From an uncultured Alphaproteobacteria bacterium (lineage in GTDB: Bacteria > Pseudomonadota > Alphaproteobacteria > Rhizobiales > Methyloligellaceae), in the NCBI GenBank assembly GCA_963839245.1, contig CAWIUJ010000002.1:125795-189794 (forward strand): DNA of 64,000 bases, written 5' to 3'. Position 1 is the stretch's first letter. Each line of letters begins with the position of its first letter. The translations under genes were made by a program, and so were the position numbers. Shown piece after piece: positions 1 through 8,109 of the stretch. The notes under the pieces are model-generated. The model was not told the DNA's origin. It made no database searches and saw only the letters and a list, made by a program, of their open reading frames with translations.

Positions 1-464
1 GTTTGCATCCAGCTATTGGCGGACAGGATCCAAAAGGCAGAGATGGCCGTGCCGAGCGCGACCATGGCGGTGGCGAACACATGCACCGCCTTGGGCACGC
101 GCGTCGCGCCGAACAGCATGATGCCGAGGAAGCCCGCTTCGAGGAAGAAGGCGGTCAAGACCTCATAAGACATCAACGGCCCAATGACGTTGCCGCCGCG
201 GCGCGACAGCTCGCTCCAATTGGTGCCGAACTCGTAGGAGAGCACCACGCCGGACACAACGCCCATGCCGAAAGACACGGCGAAGATCTTGGTCCAGTGC
301 CGGGCGATGTCGAAATAGATGGCTTTGCTGGTCTTCAGCCACAGCACCTCGAGCACGAGCAGCCACGCAGCAAGGCCGACGGTGAAGGACGGAAAGAGGA
401 TGTGGAAGGAGATGGTGAAGGCGAACTGGATGCGCGCGAGCAGTAAGGGATCGAGCTCTGGCAT
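1..464 (-). CDS. cydA: Cytochrome bd ubiquinol oxidase subunit I, N-terminal part (runs off window)
   Basis: Not in the ORF track. Manual minus-strand translation from ATG at 464 gives MPELDPLLLARIQFAFTISFHILFPSFTVGLAAWLLVLEVLWLKT...SFGMGVVSGVVLSYEFGTNWS, the characteristic CydA N-terminus. Confidence 0.93.
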   Translation of the reverse strand, partial: MPELDPLLLARIQFAFTISFHILFPSFTVGLAAWLLVLEVLWLKTSKAIYFDIARHWTKIFAVSFGMGVVSGVVLSYEFGTNWSELSRRGGNVIGPLMSYEVLTAFFLEAGFLGIMLFGATRVPKAVHVFATAMVALGTAISAFWILSANSWMQ

Positions 465-578
465 CCTTCGGTCTCACTCTCAAAGGCGCTCGCGGGCGCC
501 GTCGAGCCTTGGCGACTCGCGACTTCGTTGGCAGCTTAAGGCTATACCCTCGTGACGCAAAGCTGCGGCAAAGCCACA

Positions 579-2015
579 CTACCCCTCGCGGATGGTTGCG
601 AAAGCGATAAGTGCGCGGGCGCGCGCGGCGCCGTGCTCGACGATCGGCGGTGGGTAGCTCTTGCTGAGTGTCACGCTGGCCGCGCCGAGGGCAAGCTCAG
701 GCGCCTGCCAGGGCGCGTGGATATTGCGAGCGGACAGCCTGGCGAGCTCAGGCATCCATCGCCGCACATAGACGCCGTCGGGATCGAACTTCTGGCCCTG
801 AAGCACGGGATTGAAGATGCGGAAATAGGGCGTGGCATCGGTACCCGAGCCCGCGACCCACTGCCAGTTGGCCTGGTTATTGGCGAGGTCGGCGTCGACC
901 AGCGTATCGAGGAACCAATCGGCGCCGGTCTGCCATGGGATCAGCAGATGCTTGACCAGGAACGAGGCCACGATCATGCGCGCCCGGTTCGGCATGAAGC
1001 CCGTGTGCCATAGCTCGCGCATGGCGGCGTCGACGATCGGATAGCCGGTCCTTCCCTTCTGCCATGCCGTGAGGGCGGGCGCATCGTCGCGCCAGGGGAA
1101 GTTGGCGAATTCGGGCCTGAGAGGGTGCGAGATCATGGCCGGGAAATGCTTCAGCAGATGATAGGAGAAGTCGCGCCAGATCAGCTCGCGCAAATATGCC
1201 TCGGCTCCGCGCTCCGCCATTGCACCTCCGCGGGGGGCCGCGCCTGTCACGGCATGCCAGATTTGAGTCGGACTGATCTCGCCGAAGTGCAGATGCGGTG
1301 AGAGGCGCGAGGTGGCGTCGATGTCGAGCCGGCTACGGTCCTCCGCATAGCGAGCCAGATGCCGCTCGGTGAAGCTTGCGAGCCGCGTGAGCGCCGCGGC
1401 TTCTCCAGGCTGCCACGTCTCGCGCAAGCCTCCGGCCCAATCCGGCCTCGCCGGCAGCAGATCTAGCGAGGCAAGAGGATTGCTCTCGGCGTCCGCGCAG
1501 CGGATGAGCCTAGGAGCCGGAAGCGGCGCGCGGGGCGCACCCGCCGCAAGGCAGGCGCGCCAGAATGGCGTGAACATTCGATAGTGCTGACCGGCAGCGG
1601 TGCGGATCGCCTCGGGTTCGAACAGGAGCCGCCCGCCATAGGTGCGGAACGCCGCACTCTGAGCTTTGCAGAGCGCGGTGACGGAGCGCTCGAGCTCAGC
1701 CTCCCAGGGCTCGTAGCCCCGTGCCGCATGGATGGCGGAGGCGCCGGTCTCGGCCAGCAGTGCCTTGAGCACTCCCGGGGCGCTGCCTTTGTGCAAGCAA
1801 AGGCGCCCGCCTCTCTGACGGAGATCGGTATCGAGCGCGGCGAGGCTGCCATGGAGCCACCAGCGCGAGGCGCCACTTGTGCGCCAGCGGCCTGGCGTCA
1901 CATCGTCAAGGATGTAGAGCGGCAGGACCGGCGCGCCGGTTTCGACCGCCGCAGTCAGCGCAGGGTGATCGGCGAGCCGCAGATCATTGCGGAACCAGAC
2001 GATGATCGGCGCCAC
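579..2015 (-). CDS. phrB: Deoxyribodipyrimidine photolyase (class I CPD photolyase)
   Basis: 478 aa; WFRNDLRLADHPAL N-terminus, TSRLSPHLHFGEISP, WQKGRTGYPIVDAAMREL, NRARMIVASFL, YFRIFNP FAD-binding motifs. Confidence 0.95.
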   Translation of the reverse strand: MAPIIVWFRNDLRLADHPALTAAVETGAPVLPLYILDDVTPGRWRTSGASRWWLHGSLAALDTDLRQRGGRLCLHKGSAPGVLKALLAETGASAIHAARGYEPWEAELERSVTALCKAQSAAFRTYGGRLLFEPEAIRTAAGQHYRMFTPFWRACLAAGAPRAPLPAPRLIRCADAESNPLASLDLLPARPDWAGGLRETWQPGEAAALTRLASFTERHLARYAEDRSRLDIDATSRLSPHLHFGEISPTQIWHAVTGAAPRGGAMAERGAEAYLRELIWRDFSYHLLKHFPAMISHPLRPEFANFPWRDDAPALTAWQKGRTGYPIVDAAMRELWHTGFMPNRARMIVASFLVKHLLIPWQTGADWFLDTLVDADLANNQANWQWVAGSGTDATPYFRIFNPVLQGQKFDPDGVYVRRWMPELARLSARNIHAPWQAPELALGAASVTLSKSYPPPIVEHGAARARALIAFATIREG

Positions 2016-2042
2016 GGAAATCGCTTCCTACCCTGCCATCCT

Positions 2043-2573
2043 TCAGCCCTCTCGCGCGGTTGCTGCGAAGGCCGCCTCGTGAAGTTTTCGGGACTCTGCA
2101 CTGAAACAGCAGAACACGACGCGCTTGATAGACGGAACGTCGCCGAGCGTGGTGCCCTCGCTGCGGACAGCGACAAGCGCGGCGCGGTCCGGCGGAAAGC
2201 CGAAGGTGCCCGTGGAGATCGCAGGGAAGGCGATGGAGGCAAGCCCGGGCCCAGCGGCAAGGACAAGACTGGTGCGGTAGCAAGACGCGAGCAGCCGGTC
2301 CTCACCCCTGTCCCCACCGTCCCAAATCGGTCCAACCGCGTGGATGACGTAGCGGGCCGGCAGATCGAAGCCCGGTGTGATCTTCGCCTCGCCCGTGCCG
2401 CAGCCGCCGAGCTTGGCGCAAGCCTTCGCGAGCTCTGGGCCTGCGGCACGGTGGATCGCCCCGCACACGCCACCGCCAGGGGCGAGCATGGTGTTTGCTG
2501 CGTTGACGATAGCATCAACGTTGAGCTTGGTGATGTCGCCTTCGACGATATCGACGCGCGTCGCTACGCTCAC
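2043..2573 (-). CDS. Macrodomain protein (O-acetyl-ADP-ribose deacetylase, YmdB-like)
   Basis: GDITKLNVDAIVNAAN, GGGVCGAIHRAAG, VIHAVGP, SIAFPAISTGTFGFP motifs; probable GTG start at 2573 with GGAG upstream. Confidence 0.92.
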   Translation of the reverse strand: MSVATRVDIVEGDITKLNVDAIVNAANTMLAPGGGVCGAIHRAAGPELAKACAKLGGCGTGEAKITPGFDLPARYVIHAVGPIWDGGDRGEDRLLASCYRTSLVLAAGPGLASIAFPAISTGTFGFPPDRAALVAVRSEGTTLGDVPSIKRVVFCCFSAESRKLHEAAFAATAREG

Positions 2574-2666
2574 CTGCTCCAAGGTCAACACCCGGCAAAG
2601 GATAGCCCAAATGCAAATGGCCGGCTTGAAGGCCGGCCATGCCACTCAGTTGAGATGCGGGCCCGC

Positions 2667-3080
2667 TTAGGCTGCGTCGGCCGCGAAGCGCCGGAAATGA
2701 GCGGTGTTAAGATCGTCCTCGACATGGTCCCGATCCTCGACCGTCTCGGCCAGCAGGTGGATATGCACCTCATTGGCGCCGAGCTTGGCGCCCTCGTGGC
2801 GAAGATGGGCAAGATTGAGGGTAACGGCGTCGTCCTTGGTCTGGCCGAACAGGAGCGGCGTCCGCGTGCCGTCGTCATGGCGGCGGACCAGGATGTAATT
2901 GGCCCGGGGCAGTGCCGGGCAGCCGATCAGCGTGTAAACACTATGCAGATAACGACGGCCCGAGGCGCCGCGCCAATAATGGAATGCCTGCGCAAAAGAG
3001 GCCTCGGCGCAAACCAGCGCAGGCTCGTCGGCAGGGCCCCAAGCGGCGTTATCGGTCGCTTCTGTCTGGCGCATCCACAT
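2667..3080 (-). CDS. Hypothetical protein, possibly a degenerate GIY-YIG-like fold
   Basis: 137 aa ORF with coding-like codon usage; ANYILV...LLFGQT spacing resembles GIY-YIG strands (inference). Confidence 0.7.
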   Translation of the reverse strand: MWMRQTEATDNAAWGPADEPALVCAEASFAQAFHYWRGASGRRYLHSVYTLIGCPALPRANYILVRRHDDGTRTPLLFGQTKDDAVTLNLAHLRHEGAKLGANEVHIHLLAETVEDRDHVEDDLNTAHFRRFAADAA

Positions 3081-3164
3081 GGCTCTAATTCCGCTTTACC
3101 GGGAAATTACCCGTCAAATGGGTTGACTGATGACGTTTTCAAGTCAGGCTTCAGGCGAATCATG

Positions 3165-3179
3165 GAACAAAGCTAGAAC
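3165..3179 (-). promoter_or_regulatory. Alphaproteobacterial LexA (SOS) box GTTC-N7-GTTC
   Basis: Plus strand GAACAAAGCTAGAAC = minus strand GTTCTAGCTTTGTTC, exact consensus, about 85 bp upstream of the ORF starting at 3080. Confidence 0.75.
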
Positions 3180-3200
3180 ATCACCTTTGTCCGGGAGAAG

Positions 3201-3216
3201 TTAACAAAAGGTTAAC
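3201..3216. promoter_or_regulatory. CtrA-type box TTAA-N7-TTAAC
   Basis: TTAACAAAAGGTTAAC, exact match to the alphaproteobacterial CtrA consensus; overlaps the plsC stop codon, 22 bp from the LexA box. Confidence 0.6.
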
Positions 3217-3956
3217 GCCCCCTTCGGTGGATGGCCCGCCTCTGCAAGGAGGCGGTTCGAGGCGTCTTCGATCGCGCTCTCCAGGCGGTGCAGGAACTCG
3301 GCTTTGTCGAGACCGGGCGGAATGGGATCGAGGAATTCCACCACGATAGTGCCGGGGCGGCGAATGACGCTGCGCCTTGGCCAAAACAGGCCCGAATTGA
3401 GCGCCACCGGAACGCACGGGACGCCGAGGGCCGCATAGAGCAGCACCACGCCCGTCTTGTAGTCGGGCGGGGCGCCGGGCGCCCGCCTTGTGCCCTCGGG
3501 AAAGACGATGATCTCGCGTGCGTCCGCGATGCGCTTCTTCGCCTCGCGGAGCATGCGGCGGAGCGCGGTCGGCCCCTTGTCGCGGTCGACCGGGATCATC
3601 TCGAATTTGCGCGAGAACCAGCCGTGGAACGGGATCCAGAACAGCTCGCGCTTCATCAGCAGCGCCGGGTCCCGGAAGAGCGGTATCAGGGCAAAGGTCT
3701 CCCAAGCCGATTGATGCTTCGAGGCGACCAGGTAGGCACCGTCTGGCAGCTTGTCGAGCCCCCGGACCTCAAGCTTGGTGCCGACAATGACCCGCAACAG
3801 CCAGAGCTCGAATCGCGCATGCACGGCGAGTGCCGCCATGGCCCAGCGCCGCGGCGCGAACAGCAACGGGCTGCCGAGCACCACGAACAGCGTGGTGGTC
3901 ACATAGAAGAGAAGGTTGAAGAGAAGGGAGCGCGCCATATCTACGCCCGCCGTCAC
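3201..3956 (-). CDS. plsC: 1-acyl-sn-glycerol-3-phosphate acyltransferase
   Basis: KHQSAWET (HX4D-like) and VFPEGTR acyltransferase motifs; follows YdcF/ftsX as usual in Alphaproteobacteria. Confidence 0.9.
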   Translation of the reverse strand: MTAGVDMARSLLFNLLFYVTTTLFVVLGSPLLFAPRRWAMAALAVHARFELWLLRVIVGTKLEVRGLDKLPDGAYLVASKHQSAWETFALIPLFRDPALLMKRELFWIPFHGWFSRKFEMIPVDRDKGPTALRRMLREAKKRIADAREIIVFPEGTRRAPGAPPDYKTGVVLLYAALGVPCVPVALNSGLFWPRRSVIRRPGTIVVEFLDPIPPGLDKAEFLHRLESAIEDASNRLLAEAGHPPKGALTFC

Positions 3957-4651
3957 GGCTCGGAGGCATCCTCAACCGCAATCGTGGTTTTTCCAGACAG
4001 AATCATGCTCACGATTCGCGTGGTCCCGAGCCGACCCAGCGCCGGCAGATATTTCAGATATTCGGTCATCAACAGCTTAGTGGTGCCGGGATATACCCAC
4101 CACCGCTCAAGATGCACGTTATTGTCGATCACCGAATAGGGGATCAAGTCGACGCCCGGCATGACGCGGCCAAGCTCGGCGAGCGCGCGGGGCATGTGAT
4201 AGTTCGAGGTCACCACGATGATCGACTGATAGTGATGCTGCGCCACCCACTGGCTGGTCTCGGTGGCGTTGTCGATGGTGTTGCGCGCTTCCTTGTCGAT
4301 ATCGACGCAGCAGGCGAAGAGCTGGTCGCCTTGGCTCGCAAGTTCCTTCAGCGCCTCCGTCGAGGTGGTACGATTGACCCCGGTGATCAACAGCCGCTTC
4401 GCCTTCTGATGGGTGAGCAGCTTCATGGCCTCGTCGATGCGGGCCGGGCCGCCGGTCAAGACGGTAATACCGTCGGCCGTGTGCTCAGGCTCCGGCTGCT
4501 CGCGCGCGATGAAGCTGGTAAAGATCAGGAAGCCGATGGCGAGGAGAGCGAACAGCAGCAGCAGCGAATCGAAGATGAGCTGTAGCCCGCCCACGAAGAC
4601 GCGAAATCGGCTCGGCGATTTCGGCTCTTCCTCGCTCACGTCTCGCTCCAA
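3953..4651 (-). CDS. YdcF/DUF218 family protein
   Basis: ADGITVLTGG, RLLITGV, ARNTIDNA, IVVTSNYHMPRA motifs; N-terminal TM segment. Confidence 0.88.
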   Translation of the reverse strand: MERDVSEEEPKSPSRFRVFVGGLQLIFDSLLLLFALLAIGFLIFTSFIAREQPEPEHTADGITVLTGGPARIDEAMKLLTHQKAKRLLITGVNRTTSTEALKELASQGDQLFACCVDIDKEARNTIDNATETSQWVAQHHYQSIIVVTSNYHMPRALAELGRVMPGVDLIPYSVIDNNVHLERWWVYPGTTKLLMTEYLKYLPALGRLGTTRIVSMILSGKTTIAVEDASEP

Positions 4652-4736
4652 CGCTGCCCGACGGGCGCCAGAATAGGCGCAATGAACGCAATAGGAAATT
4701 GGCTTCGGCGGGGCAAAAGCGTCTGCATTTCGCGGG

Positions 4737-5720
4737 TCAGGCGTAGGATTTGAGCACGCGGATGACGCCGAGCCGGGAGGTGAGCATGCAGAGTGAGGCG
4801 ACGACGAAGACCACCAGCACGCAAAGCAGATAGCCCGGAAAATCGAGCTCGCCGGAGCCGACCAGCCGGCTCATTTCGGTGGCGGTGAGGCTGCCGCCCC
4901 CCAGCGTGTGCGTCACCACCGGCAAAAGAAGGAACGTGATGGCCGCAGCGATTGCGCCGACCAGGCCGGCGCGGACGCCAAGCCCAAGGAAATGGCGCTC
5001 GAATTCGCGGCTGATGAAGCGCTCATTGGCGCCCACGTAATGCAGCACCTCGATGATCTCGCGGTTTGAGGCCATGGCGCTGCGGGTGGCGGAGACGATA
5101 ACGGCGATGGTCGCCGCCGCAACGAGCGCCAGCACGGCAAGGCCGCCAAGCGCGGCGGACCGGGTCAATGTGCGGATCTCGGCCTGCCAGCGGCGGTGAT
5201 CGTCGAGTGTGACGCCCTCGAAGTTCTGCGTCAGCGCCTCGCTGATGGTTTTGATGTCGGGCGGGTTGGAGCGGTCGATCTCCACGGCGATAAGGCGGGG
5301 GATGGGCAAGGCCGAGAGCGCGTCGCTTTTGCCGAGCCAGGGCTCGAGCAGCTTGGCGGAATCCTCGGCGGTCAGCGGCTTCACCCGGGTGATGCCGGCC
5401 TGCTTGGCCAGGAACAGGGACACGAGCGTCATCTTCTTCTCGATATCGGCGGTGTTGACCGGATCGAGCTCGACGGTGATCTCGCTCGCAATGTCGTTGA
5501 CCCAGGCATTGGCCGACTGATTGACCATATACACCGCGCCGGCGGTGAGGCAGGCGAGGAAGGACATGATGGCGATCACCACGGTCAAGGCATTGCCGGC
5601 GATGGAGGCCGAGGGAACGATTTGCGCGGTCTGGGCTTGAAAGCGAGCGGGCAACAGCCCGGCGAGAAGACTGCGCCAAGGGTAGTCACGAATGCCGGCG
5701 ATGAAGCGCGGGGGGTTCAT
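4737..5720 (-). CDS. ftsX: Cell division ABC transporter permease
   Basis: VIAIMSFLACL TM, LLEPWLG, LPIPRLIAVE, LDDHRRW, IIEVLHYVGANERFI; overlaps ftsE stop. Confidence 0.9.
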   Translation of the reverse strand: MNPPRFIAGIRDYPWRSLLAGLLPARFQAQTAQIVPSASIAGNALTVVIAIMSFLACLTAGAVYMVNQSANAWVNDIASEITVELDPVNTADIEKKMTLVSLFLAKQAGITRVKPLTAEDSAKLLEPWLGKSDALSALPIPRLIAVEIDRSNPPDIKTISEALTQNFEGVTLDDHRRWQAEIRTLTRSAALGGLAVLALVAAATIAVIVSATRSAMASNREIIEVLHYVGANERFISREFERHFLGLGVRAGLVGAIAAAITFLLLPVVTHTLGGGSLTATEMSRLVGSGELDFPGYLLCVLVVFVVASLCMLTSRLGVIRVLKSYA

Positions 5721-6373
5721 CGGACCTCCAAATGGCCTTCGTGGAGGACGAGGCGCGGTGCGTCGAGGCGGTCCATAAGAGCATAGTCATGGGTGGCGAT
5801 GATGACCGATGTGCCGAGGCGATTGAGCTCGACGAAGAGCCGCAACAAGCGGTCGGCGATCACTGGATCGACGTTGCCAGTGGGCTCGTCCGCGAGCAGG
5901 AGCTCGGGCCGGCCGATAACGGCGCGGGCGATGGCGGCGCGCTGCTTCTCGCCGCCGGACAGCACCTCAGGATAGGCGTCGACGCGGTCTCCTAACCCCA
6001 CCCAGCGCAGGAGGTCGGTCACATCGTCGCGGTAGTCGGCCTCCGCCTTGCCCATTACGCGCAAGGGAAGGGCCACGTTCTCCCAGGTGGTGAGGTGGTC
6101 GAGCAGCCGGAAGTCCTGGAACACGATGCCGATTCGCCGCCTCAGCTCGGCGCGGCCGGCGGCGTTGATCTCGGCGGCGTTCTCGCCGAACACGAAGATT
6201 AGGCCCCTGGTCGGCCGGATCGACATGAACAGCAGGCGCAACAGCGTGGTCTTGCCGGCGCCCGAGGGCCCAGTCAGAAAGTGAAACGACCCCGGAAGCA
6301 CATGGAAATTGACGTCGCGCAGAATCTCGGGGCCGCTGCCATAGCGGAGCCCGACATTTTCAAATCGGATCAC
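5717..6373 (-). CDS. ftsE: Cell division ATP-binding protein
   Basis: Walker A GPSGAGKTT, LSGGEKQRAAIARA, LLLADEPTGNVD; MIRFENVGLRY start. Confidence 0.93.
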   Translation of the reverse strand: MIRFENVGLRYGSGPEILRDVNFHVLPGSFHFLTGPSGAGKTTLLRLLFMSIRPTRGLIFVFGENAAEINAAGRAELRRRIGIVFQDFRLLDHLTTWENVALPLRVMGKAEADYRDDVTDLLRWVGLGDRVDAYPEVLSGGEKQRAAIARAVIGRPELLLADEPTGNVDPVIADRLLRLFVELNRLGTSVIIATHDYALMDRLDAPRLVLHEGHLEVR

Positions 6374-6511
6374 GCGTCGTCCTCGATCCTCTTAACATTC
6401 GACCCAACTTGCGTCTTTATGCTGAACTCGCTGTCCGGTATCAATGGATTTGGGCAAAGGCATGTGCCGCTGCGCGAAATGTAGACCAACCCGACCACGG
6501 TGGTTCTAGTT

Positions 6512-7468
6512 ATGTCGACACTCATTATCTGCCCTGCATGCGGCACCCGCTACGAGATCGCAGCGGTGATTCCGCCCGAGGGGCGCAAGGTTCGCTGCAG
6601 CAAATGCAGTCACGTCTGGCAGGCGACCGCGGTTACCGAGACCGCCAATGCGCCTGTTGCCGCTGCTCCGCGCGCCCCCGCCCCGGCGCCGGCACCGGGC
6701 GTTCAGCCGATACCGCGGCGCCCCGCTCCGGCCGCGCCGCGTCCGGCGCCGCCCGCGGCCAATGTGGCGATGGGCGGATTCGCCGGAATGGCGCAGAGGC
6801 AGCCGAACGGAGCTGGCCCGCTCGCCACTCCACCCCGAGGCCCGGCGACCAGCCCCTCATTCGACGCCCAGGACGATTTCCAAGCCGATGTACCGGGCGC
6901 CGGCGCGCCCGCCTGGTCCGAGACCCAAGCCCCCGCTCAGACCAACGAGCCCGCTCAGGACTTCGGCAGCTATAACGCCGGAACGCTGGTCAACCCGGAG
7001 CTCGCCCAAGCGAACATCCCCATCAGCCGTGAGCGCAAGAAGCCGAAGGTCCGCCCGGTCGTCGCCATCGGTTGGGGCGCCCTTGCGCTCCTGCTTGTCA
7101 TTCTTGCCGCCATGCTCGCGCTCGCACCGAAGACCGTCGTGTCGGTCTTGCCGGGCGCCACCCGCCTCTACGCCATGTTGGGCAAGCCCGTTGGCGGTCT
7201 TGCCATCCAGGATGTCCACGTCGCGTGGAACAATGCCGGTGCGGCCCCAGTGCTGGCCGTCGAAGGCACGATCGTCAATCTCAGCTCCGGCACGCTGGAC
7301 GCCCCGCCCTTGGTCATCACTCTGCAAGACGCAACCGGCAAGCAGATCGCCGAGTTTACGTCCAAGGTGGCGCCGCTTGCCGCCGGCGCCCGCGCGCCTT
7401 TCGCAGCGCAGGTTCCCTCCCCGCCGACGGTCAGCAGTCTCAAGGTTCATTTCGCCAAGGCAAGCTGA
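6512..7468 (+). CDS. Zinc-ribbon (MJ0042-type) membrane protein with Pro/Ala linker and C-terminal DUF3426-like domain
   Basis: ICPACGTRYEI...GRKVRCSKCSHVW zinc finger, low-complexity linker, one TM; divergent from ftsE. Confidence 0.85.
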   Translation: MSTLIICPACGTRYEIAAVIPPEGRKVRCSKCSHVWQATAVTETANAPVAAAPRAPAPAPAPGVQPIPRRPAPAAPRPAPPAANVAMGGFAGMAQRQPNGAGPLATPPRGPATSPSFDAQDDFQADVPGAGAPAWSETQAPAQTNEPAQDFGSYNAGTLVNPELAQANIPISRERKKPKVRPVVAIGWGALALLLVILAAMLALAPKTVVSVLPGATRLYAMLGKPVGGLAIQDVHVAWNNAGAAPVLAVEGTIVNLSSGTLDAPPLVITLQDATGKQIAEFTSKVAPLAAGARAPFAAQVPSPPTVSSLKVHFAKAS

Positions 7469-7473
7469 CGGTC

Positions 7474-8013
7474 ATGGCTACGCCACCGGACGGCGCCGTC
7501 AAGCCGCTGTTCAGCGCCGAGGCGATCGCGCTCCGGGTCGATCAACTCGCCCGGGACATCACCCAAGCCGGGCTCGACGATCCGATTATCGTCGCCGTGC
7601 TCAAGGGGAGCTTCATCTTCGCCGCCGATCTCGTCAGGGCGCTGCATCGCGCGGGGCTCAGGCCCGAGATCAATTTCATCTCGCTGGCGAGCTATGACGG
7701 AGCCCCCAGCTCGAAGGGCGAGGTCAGGGTGCTGCGCGACGTGGAGAGCGATCTTTCCGCCCGCGACGTCGTGATCGTCGACGACATCCTCGATTCGGGC
7801 CGGACGCTCGCCTTTGCCAAAGCTCTCTTGCTGGCGCGCGGGTCAAGGCGCGTGCTCACCTGCGTCCTGGTCGACAAGCAAGTGCCGCGGGCGGCGCCGA
7901 TCACACCCGACTTCAGCGGCTTCGCCTGCCCGCCGGTGTTCGTCGTTGGCTACGGCATGGATTTGGACAACCGCTATCGCGAGCTGCCCTTCATCGGCGA
8001 GCTGCAGGTCTAA
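7474..8013 (+). CDS. hpt: Hypoxanthine phosphoribosyltransferase
   Basis: VLKGSFIFAADLVRAL, VVIVDDILDSGRTL PRPP motif, FVVGYGMD...YRELPFIG; ATG at 7474. Confidence 0.92.
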   Translation: MATPPDGAVKPLFSAEAIALRVDQLARDITQAGLDDPIIVAVLKGSFIFAADLVRALHRAGLRPEINFISLASYDGAPSSKGEVRVLRDVESDLSARDVVIVDDILDSGRTLAFAKALLLARGSRRVLTCVLVDKQVPRAAPITPDFSGFACPPVFVVGYGMDLDNRYRELPFIGELQV

Positions 8014-8056
8014 GCATGATCCCGAAAAGTTGCAGACTTTTCGGATAAGATTATGC
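8014..8056. repeat. Imperfect palindromic intergenic element (Rhizobiales-type REP-like)
   Basis: GCATGATCCCGAAAAGT-TGCAG-ACTTTTCGGATAAGATTATGC inverted arms between convergent genes. Confidence 0.6.
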
Positions 8057-8109
8057 GTCAAGAAAATGACTTAGGGCGAACTCGCGATCCCACGGGAATC
8101 GGTCGCACC

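Noticed and set aside
1584-3176. 530-aa plus-strand ORF and many other long antisense or alternate-frame ORFs (e.g. 15941-17188, 22407-23699, 29795-31135, 43865-45124)
   Set aside because: They shadow well-supported genes on the opposite strand or frame; expected in high-GC DNA and lack recognisable motifs.
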